A stretch of 64,000 nucleotides of DNA, taken from an uncultured delta proteobacterium. GTDB taxonomy: Bacteria > Desulfobacterota > BSN033 > UBA1163. Numbering within the stretch: position 1 is the first letter of the stretch; each line of letters opens with the position of its first letter. Of the stretch, positions 32,053 to 44,474 are shown piece after piece. The stretch covers positions 633-64,632 of the forward strand of contig CAWHGS010000045.1 of NCBI GenBank assembly GCA_963828805.1, written 5' to 3'. Position numbers and translations under genes: made by a program. The notes beneath the pieces were generated by a model. It did not search any database. It saw nothing but the letters and a program-made list of their open reading frames with translations, and had not been told where the DNA came from.

Positions 32053-33286
32053 TTATTCGTAGAATCCAAGGCTGGCAAAGGAGACAACGGACTGGGTTTC
32101 CGGGGTGAAGGCCTGCCCGTAGTTGAGGAGCTTTCCCTCTTTGGCCTCCAGGACCTTGAGCAGGGTGTAGATGGCAGGAAGTCCGCAGATCTTTCTCCGG
32201 TCCCTCTCTCTTAAAATAGAAGCATAGAAACCCTCTCCATCCATCTTCTCCACATACCCGAGCATCTCCCGGTCTGCCTCTTCCAGAACCCTCAGATCCG
32301 CCTCTCCCACTCCTTTCCGATCTCCGAATTGAAGACCCATGTGGGCCAGATCAGCACTGGCAAGGTAAAAGACTCTTTTCTCCTCTTGCGGAGACCGATT
32401 CGGAAAGGGCGTCGACAAACTGGCGGAAGGGGTTCAGTTCCATGGGCGAAACGGCCTGCTCGATCGCCTCATGGAATGAACCGCATAGGATGGGAACGAT
32501 TCTTATCGACGCCGGCTCTGGGTAGAGGTATCGGAGGAAAAGACATTGAAACTCCACCGAGTGTTCGTTTCGATGAACCCCCTCATCCTGGAAGAGATCA
32601 TAGGGACAACGGGACTGGATGGCTTCGACCAGTTCTTGATCCACGTCTAATTTCCCCAGGGGTGTTTCAAACGCCTTTCGGGTGAGGGAGAAGGGATGCT
32701 TCATCCCGGTATGGGCGATCCGAGAATGACAAAGCAATGGGCATCATTCTTTCTCCCGATTTCCCGGTGGGCAAAAGCATAGCAACTGCCCTCCCCTCTG
32801 GAAATCGATGTGAGGAGCAACGACCCCTCTCAATCCGCCGCTTGCCGCCCTTTGCCCGACCGGTCCCGGCCCGTTCGTCTGCTCAAAATAGTCGATTCAG
32901 TTGAGTCCTTAATCCATCCGGATGGGCCTCATAGCTCTTCCCGGCAAAGGCCGCTTCCCTGACCGGCGCCTTCTTAAAGCGGTCTTCGATCCTGTCCCAG
33001 GGCCTCCTGGAATCGTTCGTTTTCAAGATAGAGATGTTCATCGAGCTGGTCGATGATTTCCTGCAATTTCTCAGCATAAAGAAAATCGCCAAACTGCCTC
33101 ATATATTCGGCCTGGATATCCAGGCGCGGAATGCTGGCCATCGAAAAGGGTAAGGACGTAATAGGCGTGGGGAGAGAAAAAGAGGGCCTTCTCGCTGATG
33201 TTTTCTGGGTCCTGAAGGCAGATCAGAGTTTCACCCGACATCTGGACCGGAAAAACATTGATGGGCCTGAGCTTGGGATAATCCAT
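32053..33286 (-). pseudogene. Memo-like / AmmeMemoRadiSam system protein B homologue with N-terminal extension, frameshifted
   Basis: The fragments are AFAGKSYEAHPDGL, IAHTGMKHPFSLTRKAFETPLGKLDVDQELV..DEGVHRNEHSVEFQCLFLRYLY..IVPILCGS and FYLASADLAHMGLQFGD..ICGLPAIYTLL..NYGQAF. The N-terminal piece reads YPKLRPINVFPVQMSGETLICLQDP. They span ORFs 33071-33286, 32883-33092, 32351-32737 and 32053-32418. Confidence 0.7.
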
Positions 33287-33393
33287 AGGAGAATAAACCG
33301 AAATCCCGAATCATCGAAATCACAAATTCCAAGAAATCCCGATATTCACAAACCCAAACATAGGAACGTCTAAATAAGTGACATGCCCGGGCT

Positions 33394-33467
33394 GTCATTG
33401 CGAGCCTTGCGAGGCATCTCAGGAATTGCTTCGTCATCCCGCGGAACGCGGGATTCCTCGCAATGAC
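33394..33467. repeat. Palindromic repeat GTCATTGCGAG ... CTCGCAATGAC with an inner perfect hairpin
   Basis: The outer arms are at 33394-33404 and 33457-33467. The inner hairpin is ATCCCGCG-gaa-CGCGGGAT at 33436-33454. It lies in the spacer between lon and the Memo-like gene. Confidence 0.65.
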
Positions 33468-33515
33468 AACTTTGATTTGTCGATCATATCGGATCATTGG
33501 AGTCTTGAGTTAGTT

Positions 33516-35889
33516 CTATTGCCTCAAGGCCAACTGGATGGCTTCATCCATTCTCTGGATGAACTGAAAATTCATCTCCTTCCGGATATGTTCCGGGATC
33601 TCTTCCAGGTCCTTTTCATTCTTCTTCGGAAGGATGATCGTCCTGATCCCTGCCCTCATCCCGGCCAAAACCTTCTCCTTGATGCCTCCCACCGGAAGGA
33701 CGAGGCCCCTGAGCGTGATCTCGCCGGTCATCGCAATATCGCTTCGGACCGGCTTATTGGTCAAAAGGGAGGTCAGGGCAATGAACATGGTAATCCCGGC
33801 TGAGGGCCCATCTTTCGGAATCGCACCTGCCGGCACATGGATGTGAATATCATTTTTGGCAAAGAAGTCCTCCTCAATGCCGAGATCCTTTGCCTTGGAC
33901 CGGACATAGGCCAGGGCGGCCTGGGCAGACTCCTTCATCACGTCTCCCAGTTGCCCTGTCAGGGTCAGCCCTTTCTCACCCCGCATCCGGGTCGCTTCAA
34001 CAAAGATGATGTCTCCTCCCGTCGGAGTCCAGGCAAGCCCGGTGGCTACCCCTGGCTCCGAGGTCCTTTCCGCGACCTCGGGGAAGAATTTGACCGGTCC
34101 TAAGAACTTATGCAGGTTATCGGGGGTCACGATAACCTTCTCGTTGTTCCCCCTGCCACATCCTTGGCCACTCCCCGACAGATGGCTGCAATCTCTCGTT
34201 CCAGGTTTCTGACCCCCGCCTCCCGGGTGTAGGAACTGATGATCGTCTGAAGGGCCGCATCCTGAAATTCGATGAACTCAGAGGTCAGTCCATGTTCCTC
34301 GATCTGTTTTCGGAATCAGAAACTCCTTTGCAATCATCATCTTCTGGTCTTCACTGTAACCGGGGAGTTCGAGGACTTCCATCCGGTCCCTCAGGGCAGG
34401 TGGAATGGTATCGAGGACATTCGCCGTCGTGATAAACATCACTTTTGAGAGATCGAAGGGAACATCGATATAATGGTCCGAGAAGGAGTAGTTCTGCTCC
34501 GGATCCAACACCTCCAGCAGCGCCGAGGAAGGATCACCGCGAAAATCCATTCCGATCTTATCGACCTCATCCAGCATGAAGACGGGGTTATTCGATCCTG
34601 ACTTCTTGATCCCCTGAATGATCCGGCCCGGCAGGGCGCCCACATAGGTCCTCCGGTGGCCCCGGATTTCTGCTTCATCCCGAACCCCACCCAGGGAGAT
34701 TCGAATGAACTTGCGTCCCATGGTTCGGGCGATCGACTTCCCGAGGGAGGTCTTTCCCACCCCCGGAGGCCCAACAAAACAGAGGATCGGACCTTTCATA
34801 TCCGCCTTCAGTTTCCGGACGGCCAGATATTCCAGGATCCGTTTCTTCACCTTTTCCAAGTCGTAATGATCTTCGTCCAAGGTCTTTCTGGGCATTGTGA
34901 ATATCGAGATTATCCCCTGTCGTCTCCGACCAGGGAAGTTCCACCAGCCAATCCAGATAGGTTCTTGCCACGGTATATTCGGCTGAGGCAGGAGGAATCT
35001 TGGCCAGCCGGTCCAATTCCTTTTCCGCAGCCGTCAGGGCCTCGGGAGGCATCTTGGCCTTCTTGATCCTCTCCTTGAGTTCCTTGATCTCCGCAGTATG
35101 CTCATCCAGTTCTCCCAGCTCTTTCTTGATCGCCTTCAGCTGCTCCCGGAGATAGTATTCCCTCTGGGTCGGTCGATATCTTCCTTGACCTGGGACTGGA
35201 TCTTATTCCCCAGTTCCAGAACCTGGACCTCTTTGTTAAGGTAAAGATGAACCTTGGTCAGCCGTTCCCGGACATCATAGGTTTCGAGAATCCCCTGCTT
35301 CTCGGCGGTCGAAATATTCAGGTTTGAGGCGATGAGATCGGCCAGGATATTGGGCGACTTGATATTATTGACCATCGTTCCGAGTTCGGCAGTAAGGTAA
35401 GGAGCCAATTCCACCGCCCTCTGGAAGAGGTTTTTCAGATTCATCATGAGGGCGTCAATCTCGACTCCCTGAACGACCGTCTTCATCGAGACTATCAATC
35501 CTCGCCTTGTAATAGGGATCCTTTGAATATATTCCTTCACTCTTGATCCGCGAAACCCCCTGGACGATCACCCGCTGGCTTCCATCCAGTTCGCGGATCA
35601 TCCTCAGGATCAGAGCAGCCACACCCACGGAATAGAGGTCGGTTTCTTTCGGATCTTCAATTTCAGACCGTTTCTGGGTGATGACTCCAATGATCCGGTC
35701 CGAATCCATGGCCTCATCTATCAATCTCACAGACCTCTTCCGACCCACCATAATGGGCAAAATGAGATCGGGAAAGAGGACGGTTCCTCTCAGGGGCAGA
35801 ATAGAAATTTCATTAGGAACGAAAATTTTGTCCTCCTTTCCCTTTTCTTCTTTATCGGCACCACCTCTGGGCAAAAAAATCATAAACAA
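33516..35889 (-). pseudogene. lon: ATP-dependent Lon protease (endopeptidase La), multiple frameshifts
   Basis: The N-terminal domain reads ILPLRGTVLFPDLILPIMVGRKRS. The AAA+ domain has Walker [21 protein letters not shown] and Walker [10 protein letters not shown]. The protease domain reads [27 protein letters not shown], containing the catalytic Ser. The gene is split over at least five ORFs (35455-35889, 35136-35540, 34675-35052, 34278-34895, 33516-34130). Confidence 0.85.
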
Positions 35890-36005
35890 CCTCCTCTTTG
35901 CTTAAGCTCGCTCACACGTAAGATAATCATTACCCTGGAGCCTGTCAATGGTCCCATCTCTTTGATCTTCCGAGCCTTTTTAATGTTAGGCAGCGACAGG
36001 GTAAA

Positions 36006-36242
36006 TTACGTCGCGTTTCCGGCATAGGGCTTTCCACAGATATTGCAGACTCCCTTCTCATTGAGGGTGCCGATGCAGGTCCCATCGGGACACGGAACGC
36101 GCTCGGAATGATCAACCTGGCTTCCTCCTTCTTCTACGGGGTTCCCGCACCAGAGACAGAAGAGACTCTTCTCAGGGATTTCTTCTCCGCAGGTCTGACA
36201 GGAGATCGAAGAAACTGGCTCACCGCAATGGGGACATTTCAT
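36006..36242 (-). CDS. Zinc-ribbon protein (three to four CxxC pairs)
   Basis: 78-aa ORF with CPHCG..CQTCG..CLWCG..CPDGTC..CNICG. Its start abuts the stop of the upstream small ORF (TAAATG). Confidence 0.6.
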   Translation of the reverse strand: MKCPHCGEPVSSISCQTCGEEIPEKSLFCLWCGNPVEEGGSQVDHSERVPCPDGTCIGTLNEKGVCNICGKPYAGNAT

Positions 36243-36459
36243 TTATTCCTCCTCAAGATGGAGATTCTTGATAAATCGTTCGATATCCCTCTTGTTCCGT
36301 TTTACCTGGTAAAGGAGTTTCCTCGTCCCTTCGTCCGGAAAGAGGCGATTCAGGTCATAGCCCTTCCCGGGAAACAAGGCGTTAAGGTCCACTTCCCTTG
36401 CTCTTCTCTTCTTCAGGCATATTTTCCGGAGGTTTCTCGTCTTTCTCTTCCATATCCAT
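36243..36459 (-). pseudogene. Small hypothetical protein, one frameshift
   Basis: The minus strand reads MDMEEKDEKPPENMPEEEKSKG, then in the next frame VDLNALFPGKGYDLNRLFPDEGTRKLLYQVKRNKRDIERFIKNLHLEEE followed by a stop. No family is recognised. Confidence 0.3.
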
Positions 36460-36566
36460 TAAGCCCCCTATAGGATAGCCCTTTTCTCTTATAAAATCAA
36501 TTCCATGAAACGATGGTCGTCTGCGAAGGATACGAGGCAAGAAGCAAAGACACGTCGGATTTTGCC

Positions 36567-38711
36567 TCAGGTCCTCATTCTCCGGCCCCGATCTTCTTTG
36601 TTGCCATTCTGGAGTTGATAGAGCTTGGCGTAAAAACCTCCCTTTGCCATCAGTTCAGCGTGGGTCCCGATCTCCCGAACTCTTCCCTTATGAAGGACCA
36701 CAATCCGGTCGGCATGCTGGATCGTGGAAAGGCGGTGGGCAATGACGATGGCTGTCCTTCCCTTGAGCAACCTTTCCAGGCCTTCCTGAATCAGCCATTC
36801 GGTTTCCGGGTCCACATGGGAGGTGGCCTCGTCAAGGACGAGGATTTTGGGATTGAGATAGAGGGCTCTGGCAAAGGCCAGCAGTTGCCTTTCCCCGGCA
36901 GATAGCGTTTCCCCTCCCTCACCCACTCGTGTTGAATATCCATCGGGCAAACGCTGGATAAAGGCCTCTGCATTGACGATTCGGGCAGCCTCTCTTACCC
37001 TCTCTCCATCCCTCTCCCTCTCTCCCATTCGAATATTCTCCTCAATATCTCCTGCAAAGAGGAAGGTATCCTGCATCACGAGCCCGATCTGGGATCGGAG
37101 TTCCGAAAGATCCCATTCCCGGATATCGATCCCATCGACCAGGATGCCTCCCTCCTTGATCTCATAGAATCGTTCGAGAAGGTGGAGCAGCGATGTCTTT
37201 CCTGCCCCGGTGGCCCCCACAATGGCAACGGTCTCACCTGCCCGGACATAAAAGCTGACCTCGTTGAAGGACCTTCTCCTCCCCATTATAGGAAAAAGAG
37301 ACACGGCGGAATTCAATGTCTCCCTTGATTTCGCTTCTGCACGGAGAAGGAGGACACGGAAACCTTTTCCTCGTGGTCCAGCAGTGAGTAGATTCTCTCC
37401 AGAGAGGCCATGGCCGACTGGAGAATGGTATATTTCTCGGAGAGATCCCGGATGGGCTGAAAGAGCATCCTCATGTAAGAAAGAAAGGCAACCAGAACAC
37501 CCAGGGTGATCGTCTCCTGAATCACCTTTCCTCCTCCATACCAGAGGAGAAGACCGATGGCCCCTGAGCTCAGAATCTCAATCAGAGGAACAAAGAGGGC
37601 ATAGACTGAAATCTGTTTCATGTTGGCCAGGTAGTGCCCCTCATTGATCTTCTCGAATCGCCTTCCATTCTCCTTTCTCCCTCCGAAAGAGCTGGACGAC
37701 CTGGATCCCCGAAAAATTCTCCTGAAAAAAGGCATTCATCTGGGCGATCTTCTGGCGAATCTCCCGAAAGGCATCCCTGGCCCGACGGCTGAAGAAGAGG
37801 GTAGAGATAAAGACGAGGGGCAAGACGGAAAAGGAGACCAGGGCAAACTCCCGATTGAACTGGAGAAGGACGACGAGGATTCCAACCAGAAGGAGAATGT
37901 CCTTGAGGAGGTAGATCAGGACAGAGGTGAACATCTCGTGGACATTCTGGACATCGTTGGTCAGACCGGGTCACCAGCCTTCCCACGGGATTCTGATCGA
38001 AAAAGGAGACGGAGAAGCCCTGAAGATGGGAGAAGATCTTCATCCGTAGATCATGCATCACCCTCTGGCCCGCCATCTCCATGGTGTAGACCTGAAAGAA
38101 ATTGAGCCCAAAATTGGCCGCCAAGATGAGGATAACGAGAAGGGCGATCCGGAAGATCCCCTGGATATCCTCTTCCCGCAGGATGAGGAGATCTTCCTCT
38201 TTCACCTCCTTCATCCGGTCAGGGGGAATAAACCAATAGGCCCCGCTCCTTTCGAAGAGGCCGGGATATCTCTCAAAGAGTCGATCCCCTTCCTTCCCCG
38301 TGCGAGGCAAAGAGATAATACTGTTTCTCCGAGAGGAGGCCCGATTTCTGGAAAAGGGCCACCTCCTTCTTATCCATGGAACGGAGCACCTCCGGAGGCA
38401 GAAGAAATCTTCCCTTTTCCGATTTGGGAATGAGGTCTTTCCCGTATCGGTCGAGAAACTGCCTCTCTAAGGATCCTGACTCGTCTCTGATGACCACTTC
38501 CCTCGCCGAAACGACAATATGGCGATCGATCACCTCTTTGGTCAGATAGGGAATGAGGAGATCGAAGAAGGTCATCAATAAAACAAAGAAGAGGGAGAAG
38601 GCCATCAGCCGCCAGTAGGGCCGGAGAAAGACCCAGCAGCCTCACCATCAGCCTCAGGTCATAGGCCTTCCCGAGTTTGCCTTCTTCCATGTAGCCAAAA
38701 TCAGTGTACAT
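36567..38711 (-). pseudogene. ABC exporter, fused permease/ATPase (second of a pair), frameshifted
   Basis: The NBD is intact in ORF 36567-37316, with Walker A IVGATGAGKTSLL, signature LSAGERQLLAFARAL, Walker B ILVLDEATSHVD and H-loop AIVIAHRLSTI. The TMD fragments lie in ORFs 37313-37735, 37618-38310 and 38273-38605. Confidence 0.8.
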
Positions 38712-38833
38712 AACTCTCGGCAGCAAGATCGTCCCGCCAAAGCGGGACTCGAGGCCAGAGGTTATAGGCAAAAGACCTATCCTCTAACCTCAAGGGTCCT
38801 GAAATTGACCCGATCCTCAAGCGTAGCGCTCCT

Positions 38834-40603
38834 TCAACGAGAATTTAACTTTCCCTGTTCCAGTTCCTCTTCCATCTGTCTTCGCCAGTAGATCTCCGCA
38901 TAGATGCCCCCCTCTCGAAAGGAGGGCTCGCATGGTCTCCCACCTCTGCAATCCTTCCCTCCTCCAACACAACGATCCGGTCTGCCTCTTCGGAGGGGAG
39001 CAATGCGGTGGGTGACAAGGATGCTCGTCTTTCCCTTCAGAAACTCCTCCAACCCCTCCAGGATTCGTTCTTCGGTTTGGATGTCGACGGAGGAAAGGGC
39101 GTCATCCAGGATGAAGAGGGGCGGATCCATCAAGATCGCCCGGGCAATGGCGACCCGCTGCCTCTGACCTCCGGAAAGGGTGACCCCCTTCTCCCCGACC
39201 AGGGTATCGAGGCCCTCTGGGAAACTCCATGATATCGTCCCATATCTGGGCAATGCGGGCGGCCCTCTCTATCTCCTCATCCGTGGCATCCTGCCTTCCA
39301 AAGGCAATGTTTTCCCGGATCGTATCCGAAAAGAGAAAGGTATCCTGAGGGACATAGCCGATCGATCTCCTCAGCTCCTTCAGCGGAATCCGATGGATCT
39401 CCATCCCATCGAAGAAGATGGAGCCCTCGGGAGGTTCCAGGATCCGGACCAGCAGATTGACAGAGGGTCGTCTTTCCGGACCCGGTTCTTCCCACAAGAA
39501 CCAGTCGCTCTCCCTTATGAATCGTGAGGTCGATCTCTTTCAGTATGGGACTGCCCCCATTTCCTGGAGCGAAGGTCAAACCCTCTGATCTCAATCTTCC
39601 CTCTTGACGGCACGGATGCGTTGGCCTCCGGAGCAGTCCTGAATTTCCGGAACCTCATTCAATATCCGGTTCAATCGATCCAGGGAGGCCTCGCCCCGCT
39701 GAATCATGTTGACCGCCCAACCCAGGGCCATCATCGGCCAGGCCAGGATTCCCAGATAGCTCATAAAGGCCACAAAATCTCCTGTGGAGATCGATTGAAA
39801 AATCGTCAATCGTCCCACCGAAGTAGAGGACGATGACCATCGAAAGATTGGAAAGAAAGAGGAGAAGGGGAAAGAACATCCCCCATACCTTGGTCACATG
39901 AATGTTCTTCTGAACATAATCCTGACTCAGACGAGCAGAGTTTTTCTCGCTCCTTCTCTTCCAGAACATAGGCCTTGACCACCCGGATGCCGGCAGATCG
40001 ACTCTCTGACCCTTTCGGTGAGGGCGGAAAAGGTTTTCTGAAGGGCTTCGAAACGCTGATGGATCAATCGGCTGAAGAAGAGGGTGATGACCGTGATCAA
40101 CGGCATCGGAAGAATCGCATAGAGGGTCAATAGGGGATGGATGTAAATCATGAAGAAGATGGTCAGGATGCCCAGAATGACGGTATCCACAAAAAAGACA
40201 AGGCCTAATCCGATGGACATCCGGACCGCTTCAATGTCATTGGTGGCATGGGCCATCAGGTCTCCGACCTTTGTCCGGGCGAAATAGGAGAAGGAGAGCG
40301 TCTGGAGATGAAGGAAGAGCCGGTCCCGAAGGGCCTTTTCGATTCTGCGGGAGGCCCCCAGGAGGAGGTATCTCCAGACATACCGGAATCCGCCGATGCC
40401 AAAGGCAAGGAGACAGGATTTCTCCGGCGTAAATCAGGAGACGGGAGGAAGGGATACCGCCGACGTGAGATCATCGATGGCATGCTTGACCACCCTCGGG
40501 ATGAAGAGCTGGAGGATGTCGACGATGAGCAGCGCCAGAAGCCCGATGAGGAACTGCCATCGGTTCTCCAAAAATCGTTTTTGAGGGATCGAAAGGCTTT
40601 CAT
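38834..40603 (-). pseudogene. ABC exporter, fused permease/ATPase (first of a pair), frameshifted
   Basis: The signature is [16 protein letters not shown], Walker B is [12 protein letters not shown] (ORF 38834-39253), and Walker A is LVGRTGSGKTTL (ORF 39277-39594). TMD fragments lie in ORFs 39591-39818, 39655-39969 and 39927-40256. The start reads MKAFRSLK at 40603. Confidence 0.8.
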
Positions 40604-40898
40604 AGAAGATGATTCTCCATAAGGAGCACTTTAAATTTAATCAACCCCTCTCCGAAAAGTCAATGCCGACCCGCTCAGGTTTGACAAAAGGAGATCGCCC
40701 TTTCGACAATCGACCGCCTCGGTCGGGAAAGCTCATGTTCGATCTTGACAACGGGTTGCGATTCTGCTGAAATTTACAAACTAAAGGTAGATCTGACGTC
40801 AGGTATCGCGTTGCTGCAATCTTCATGCTCACAATGATCGGATGGAATTTTGACGGATACGGGAATCTCAGGTTTCGATGATCCGTTTTCTCGATTGA

Positions 40899-43108
40899 AT
40901 GGGTCGCAGGTTCGAAATGGCAACTTCTGACAAAATCACCACACCGATCTCTTCCAGAAAAGGATTGGAGGGAATTCCCGAAGACCTTCCTCCGGAAGAG
41001 GTTGAACGCCTTCAGAAACTTCAAGCCAAGCTGACCCAATTTGTCCTCCATCTCATTCAGGCCTTCTTGAGAACGGGATATTACACGCCCGATCATCCTG
41101 AATCAAAAAAGGCAAAGGAAGGGCTCTACCAGCTCTTCAAGGAACTCTTTGAAACGGAGGATGAACTGGCCTTCCTCGTGAGGGAAGAGCAGGAGAAGCA
41201 GGAGATCTTTGTCGAAGGCGTTCTTCCCGAAGCCCAGAAGCTGAGCCGGATGATGCTCAAGGGGATGGGAGAACTCTATGTTCCAAAATTTGCAAAATAT
41301 ATGGAACGAAAGGATCTGATCAGCCTCACGCTTGAAGAGCCGGATGGGCCAGGCCGAGTTCAGCCGATTTCGTCGATATCATGAGCGAACCCTCTCTCGT
41401 GGATACCCGCCGGAAACAGGATCAGGAACGGTTTGCCCAGGTCCTTCTCAGCCGGGGAATCCTCAATATCTCCTATATCTTTAACGAAGACCTCCTCGCC
41501 CCGGATCGGGAGATACCCTGGAGGGCCCGGGTCACTCTCTCCCGGATGAGGAAAGACCTGAAGATGATCCCTCTCTTCGAGAAAATGCTGAAGACAGGAT
41601 TATCAGGAGATGAGAAAAAGTCTCCTCTGGGATGCCCTCCGGCCGATTCGACAGTCCGACCTTTTCTGCGCCATCCTGCAGAAATAGCGATCTCGCAGCG
41701 ACCGTCCGAACATCGCGGAGGACCTGATTGAGGATGAAATCCTCTCCTTTTTGACAGAGACAGTACCTCCCGGAACTGCCAAGATCTTTCTGCGGGAACA
41801 CCTCGACCTCAAACAGCTGAAGAAGCAGGATGCCTTCGAAGCCAAATCCGACCGACTGGCCAGAAAAGATTGCCCTGCCGATTAAAGGAAACCGCGAACC
41901 CCTGAGACGGAAAATCTCCTTGAGGATTATTTCCGGAATCAGGTGATTGGCCTTGACGACCTGACCCCGCGCCTGAAGGACAAAATCCTGCTTGGAAAGG
42001 ATGACCGATAAATTTCTCAATTACACCGATCAATTCTTCCAACAACTCGACCATGCCAAAGAGAAAGAGACCTTTCTGACCGTTGCCCAGTTCCTTTGTC
42101 CGAATCATCCCCGAACTCATCCGGAGAGACCGATACACGGAGGTCCTCCGGATCATTGAAACCTTCAAGCGTCATTTCCATCAGAAGAATGATGTGGGCG
42201 CTTCTCGCAGGCCAGGTCTTGGAGGAGATCGGACAGGGATCGATCCCTCTTCTCCTGGAGGAAAAATTCCTGACCGGAAAAAAAGAGATTCGGATTGCAA
42301 TTCTTCCGATCTTTGTCTCCCTCGAGATCGGGGCCATTCCCCATCTCCTGAGCATCCTGAAAAAGAGTGACGATCAATGGGTCAGAAAGAACGCCTGTGA
42401 GGCGCTGATTCAGATTGGACCCGTCGCAGCCATCCACCTTTTGAAGGAGCTGGAACAGCAGCAGACATCGGTCGAGACTACCTGCGATATCCTCCGGGTC
42501 CTCGGCGAAATCAAAGTCCGAGCAGTGGAAGGCTCCTCTGTCGAAGATTCTGAGACAGTACGTCTCCCATGAGCATCCCAAATTAAGGGAACAGGCCCTC
42601 CATAGTCTCTGTCAGATCGACGGTCCTGGAGGCGAGGAGGTCTTTCTCAGAAGCCTGAACGATCCGGAATGGGAGGTTCGAAAAAGGGCCATCTGGTGTC
42701 TTGGGATGATCAAGAGTCCCCGGGGCATTGAAAGATGATGGAAATTCTGGATCACAGATCGTCCGAGCACCTCGCCGCAAGGCGCACAGGGAGATCACCT
42801 GGAGACCCAAATCTATCACGCCTTAGGAATATCGGGAAACATGACGATCAGAGGGAAGAACGATCGAGCAGATCCTTCTCGAAGTATTGGAAAAAAGGGG
42901 AATAAAACAGTGGTGGAATCCCTTTCAGAAAAACCTTTTGAATGAATCCTCTTTAGGGGCGATTTGTGATGCCTTGGGAAAAATCGGGACGGTGGAATCG
43001 CTCAAAATATTAAGCCAGTTGGCAAAGGCCCGCGAGGTCTCCTGGGCTCCCAGGGCAAGAGAAGCCTCTAAAAGGATTGAAGAGCGGACATCCCTTTCAA
43101 AATCCTGA
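40899..43108 (+). pseudogene. HEAT-repeat protein, frameshifted
   Basis: The N-terminal part is in ORF 40899-41384. HEAT/PBS-lyase-like repeats appear later: DDQWVRKNACEALIQIGPVAAIHLL, LNDPEWEVRKRAIWCLGMIKSP and LGAICDALGKIGTVESLKIL. The gene is spread over ORFs 41381-41731, 42096-42572 and 42887-43108. That this is a single gene is an assumption. Confidence 0.45.
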
Positions 43109-43167
43109 ACCCGCAGATCCAGAACGCAGGCGAATTCCTCTGAATGTTTCCCGCGCAAGGAGAAAGA

Positions 43168-43359
43168 TCAGGCGGTCTTCATCACCCCTTGCCTGGGCCC
43201 TTGGGCCTTGATGACCTCAAACTGCACTTTCTCCAGCGCGAAGGGATTTAAACCCATCGCCGAGATTCCTGTATAGTGAACGAACACATCCTCTCCACCC
43301 GGTTTCGATAAACCCATACCCCTTCTTCGTATCAAACCATTTCACAACCCCTTAGCCAA
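43168..43359 (-). pseudogene. Cold-shock protein (CspA family), frameshifted
   Basis: The minus strand reads (L)AKG then VVKWFDTKKGYGFIE .. DVFVHY .. GDGFKSLRAGE .. VQFEV in shifting frames. The first shift lies in the C4 run at 43348-43351. Confidence 0.6.
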
Positions 43360-43430
43360 ACCGTGACCCTCCTTTTCCGGAATAGATTAGGTCACTTAAG
43401 GGCATCCCTTATCACTAATTGATTAGGATG

Positions 43431-44315
43431 TCAAGATTTTTTTGAACCTTTCCAGGTGGCGAGATATACCCCGGCAAGAGTCATGCCCCCGCCCAAAAGA
43501 GTGATCCATTGTATCGTTTCATCCAGGAGGAGGGAGGCCCCGATCAGTGTGACAAAGGGTTCAAGATAGAGGTACATTCCGATGAGGCTTGAGTCCTTCT
43601 TCTCGAGTGCCGAATACCAGAAAAAATAGGCCAGTCCGGAACAGAAAACCCCCAAAAAAAGAATACCCATCCAGGCAGCAAGGGAGAGATGGCAGATGAA
43701 ACTCCATTCCCCCCTTAGGCTGTTGAAGAGAACGGTGAGCAGACAACCTACCGCCATGATGGGTGCGATGGCTGCCAGGGGTGAAAACCGTGAAAGGAAA
43801 CCTCTGCCTCCAACCGTAAAAGCGGCCCAGGTCAGGGCGCTGCAGAGGACGAGAAGATCACCGAAGGTGGAGGCAATACGAAAGAGGGAGAAAGAAAACA
43901 AACCTTTTGAGATGATCAAGAAAATTCCGGAAAAACCGAGGACAATCCCTGCAATTCTTCTCCACGTAATCGTCTCTCGAAGAAAGAGACGGGCGCTCAG
44001 GGCGATGAAGATAGGCTGGATGGCAATGATCCACCCTGTATTGATCGCCGTCGTGTAGAGAAGGCCATAGGCCTGAAGGAGGTTGTGGCCTGCAATGCCG
44101 ACCATGGCCAGGAAGACGATCGACACCCAGTCTCTTGAGGAAAAGGCCCTCAGGAACCCGCGGTCTTTGCGGATTTGGAAAAGGAGAAGAAGAGAGGCGC
44201 CAATCCCGAATCGAATCGCCAGGAGGGCGACGGGGTGAACCTCCCTTAACGCCACTTTGGTTGCAATGAAAGAAAACCCCCAGAAAATGATTGCCCACAG
44301 AGCCGGCCAGGACAT
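43431..44315 (-). CDS. EamA/DMT-family transporter
   Basis: The likely start is MSWPALWAIIFWGFSFIATKVAL. The protein has ten hydrophobic segments in two EamA-like halves. Confidence 0.8.
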   Translation of the reverse strand: MSWPALWAIIFWGFSFIATKVALREVHPVALLAIRFGIGASLLLLFQIRKDRGFLRAFSSRDWVSIVFLAMVGIAGHNLLQAYGLLYTTAINTGWIIAIQPIFIALSARLFLRETITWRRIAGIVLGFSGIFLIISKGLFSFSLFRIASTFGDLLVLCSALTWAAFTVGGRGFLSRFSPLAAIAPIMAVGCLLTVLFNSLRGEWSFICHLSLAAWMGILFLGVFCSGLAYFFWYSALEKKDSSLIGMYLYLEPFVTLIGASLLLDETIQWITLLGGGMTLAGVYLATWKGSKKS

Positions 44316-44474
44316 GGAATCCCTCCCCTTTCCGGTTTGATCCTGTTTTCTATTTATCACAAATGGAAAGCCACGTAAACCCCCGGGAATCTCACCTCTT
44401 GACACAACATCCGCATCACTCTATACTTTTCTTCAAACATGAATTTCTTAACAGGACAAAGGGAGGAAAAAAGG

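Noticed and set aside
40895-40925. A tRNA-like string, GGGTCGCAGGTTCGAAA, resembling a T-arm.
   Set aside because: The 3' half of the T-stem (CCTGC) and the acceptor stem are absent, and no D or anticodon arm lies upstream. It coincides with the putative start region of the HEAT-repeat gene.
40641-41096. A 151-aa minus-strand ORF between the ABC exporter and the HEAT-repeat gene.
   Set aside because: It has no motifs or RBS, and it overlaps the start of the better-supported plus-strand gene. This is most likely promoter/leader DNA.
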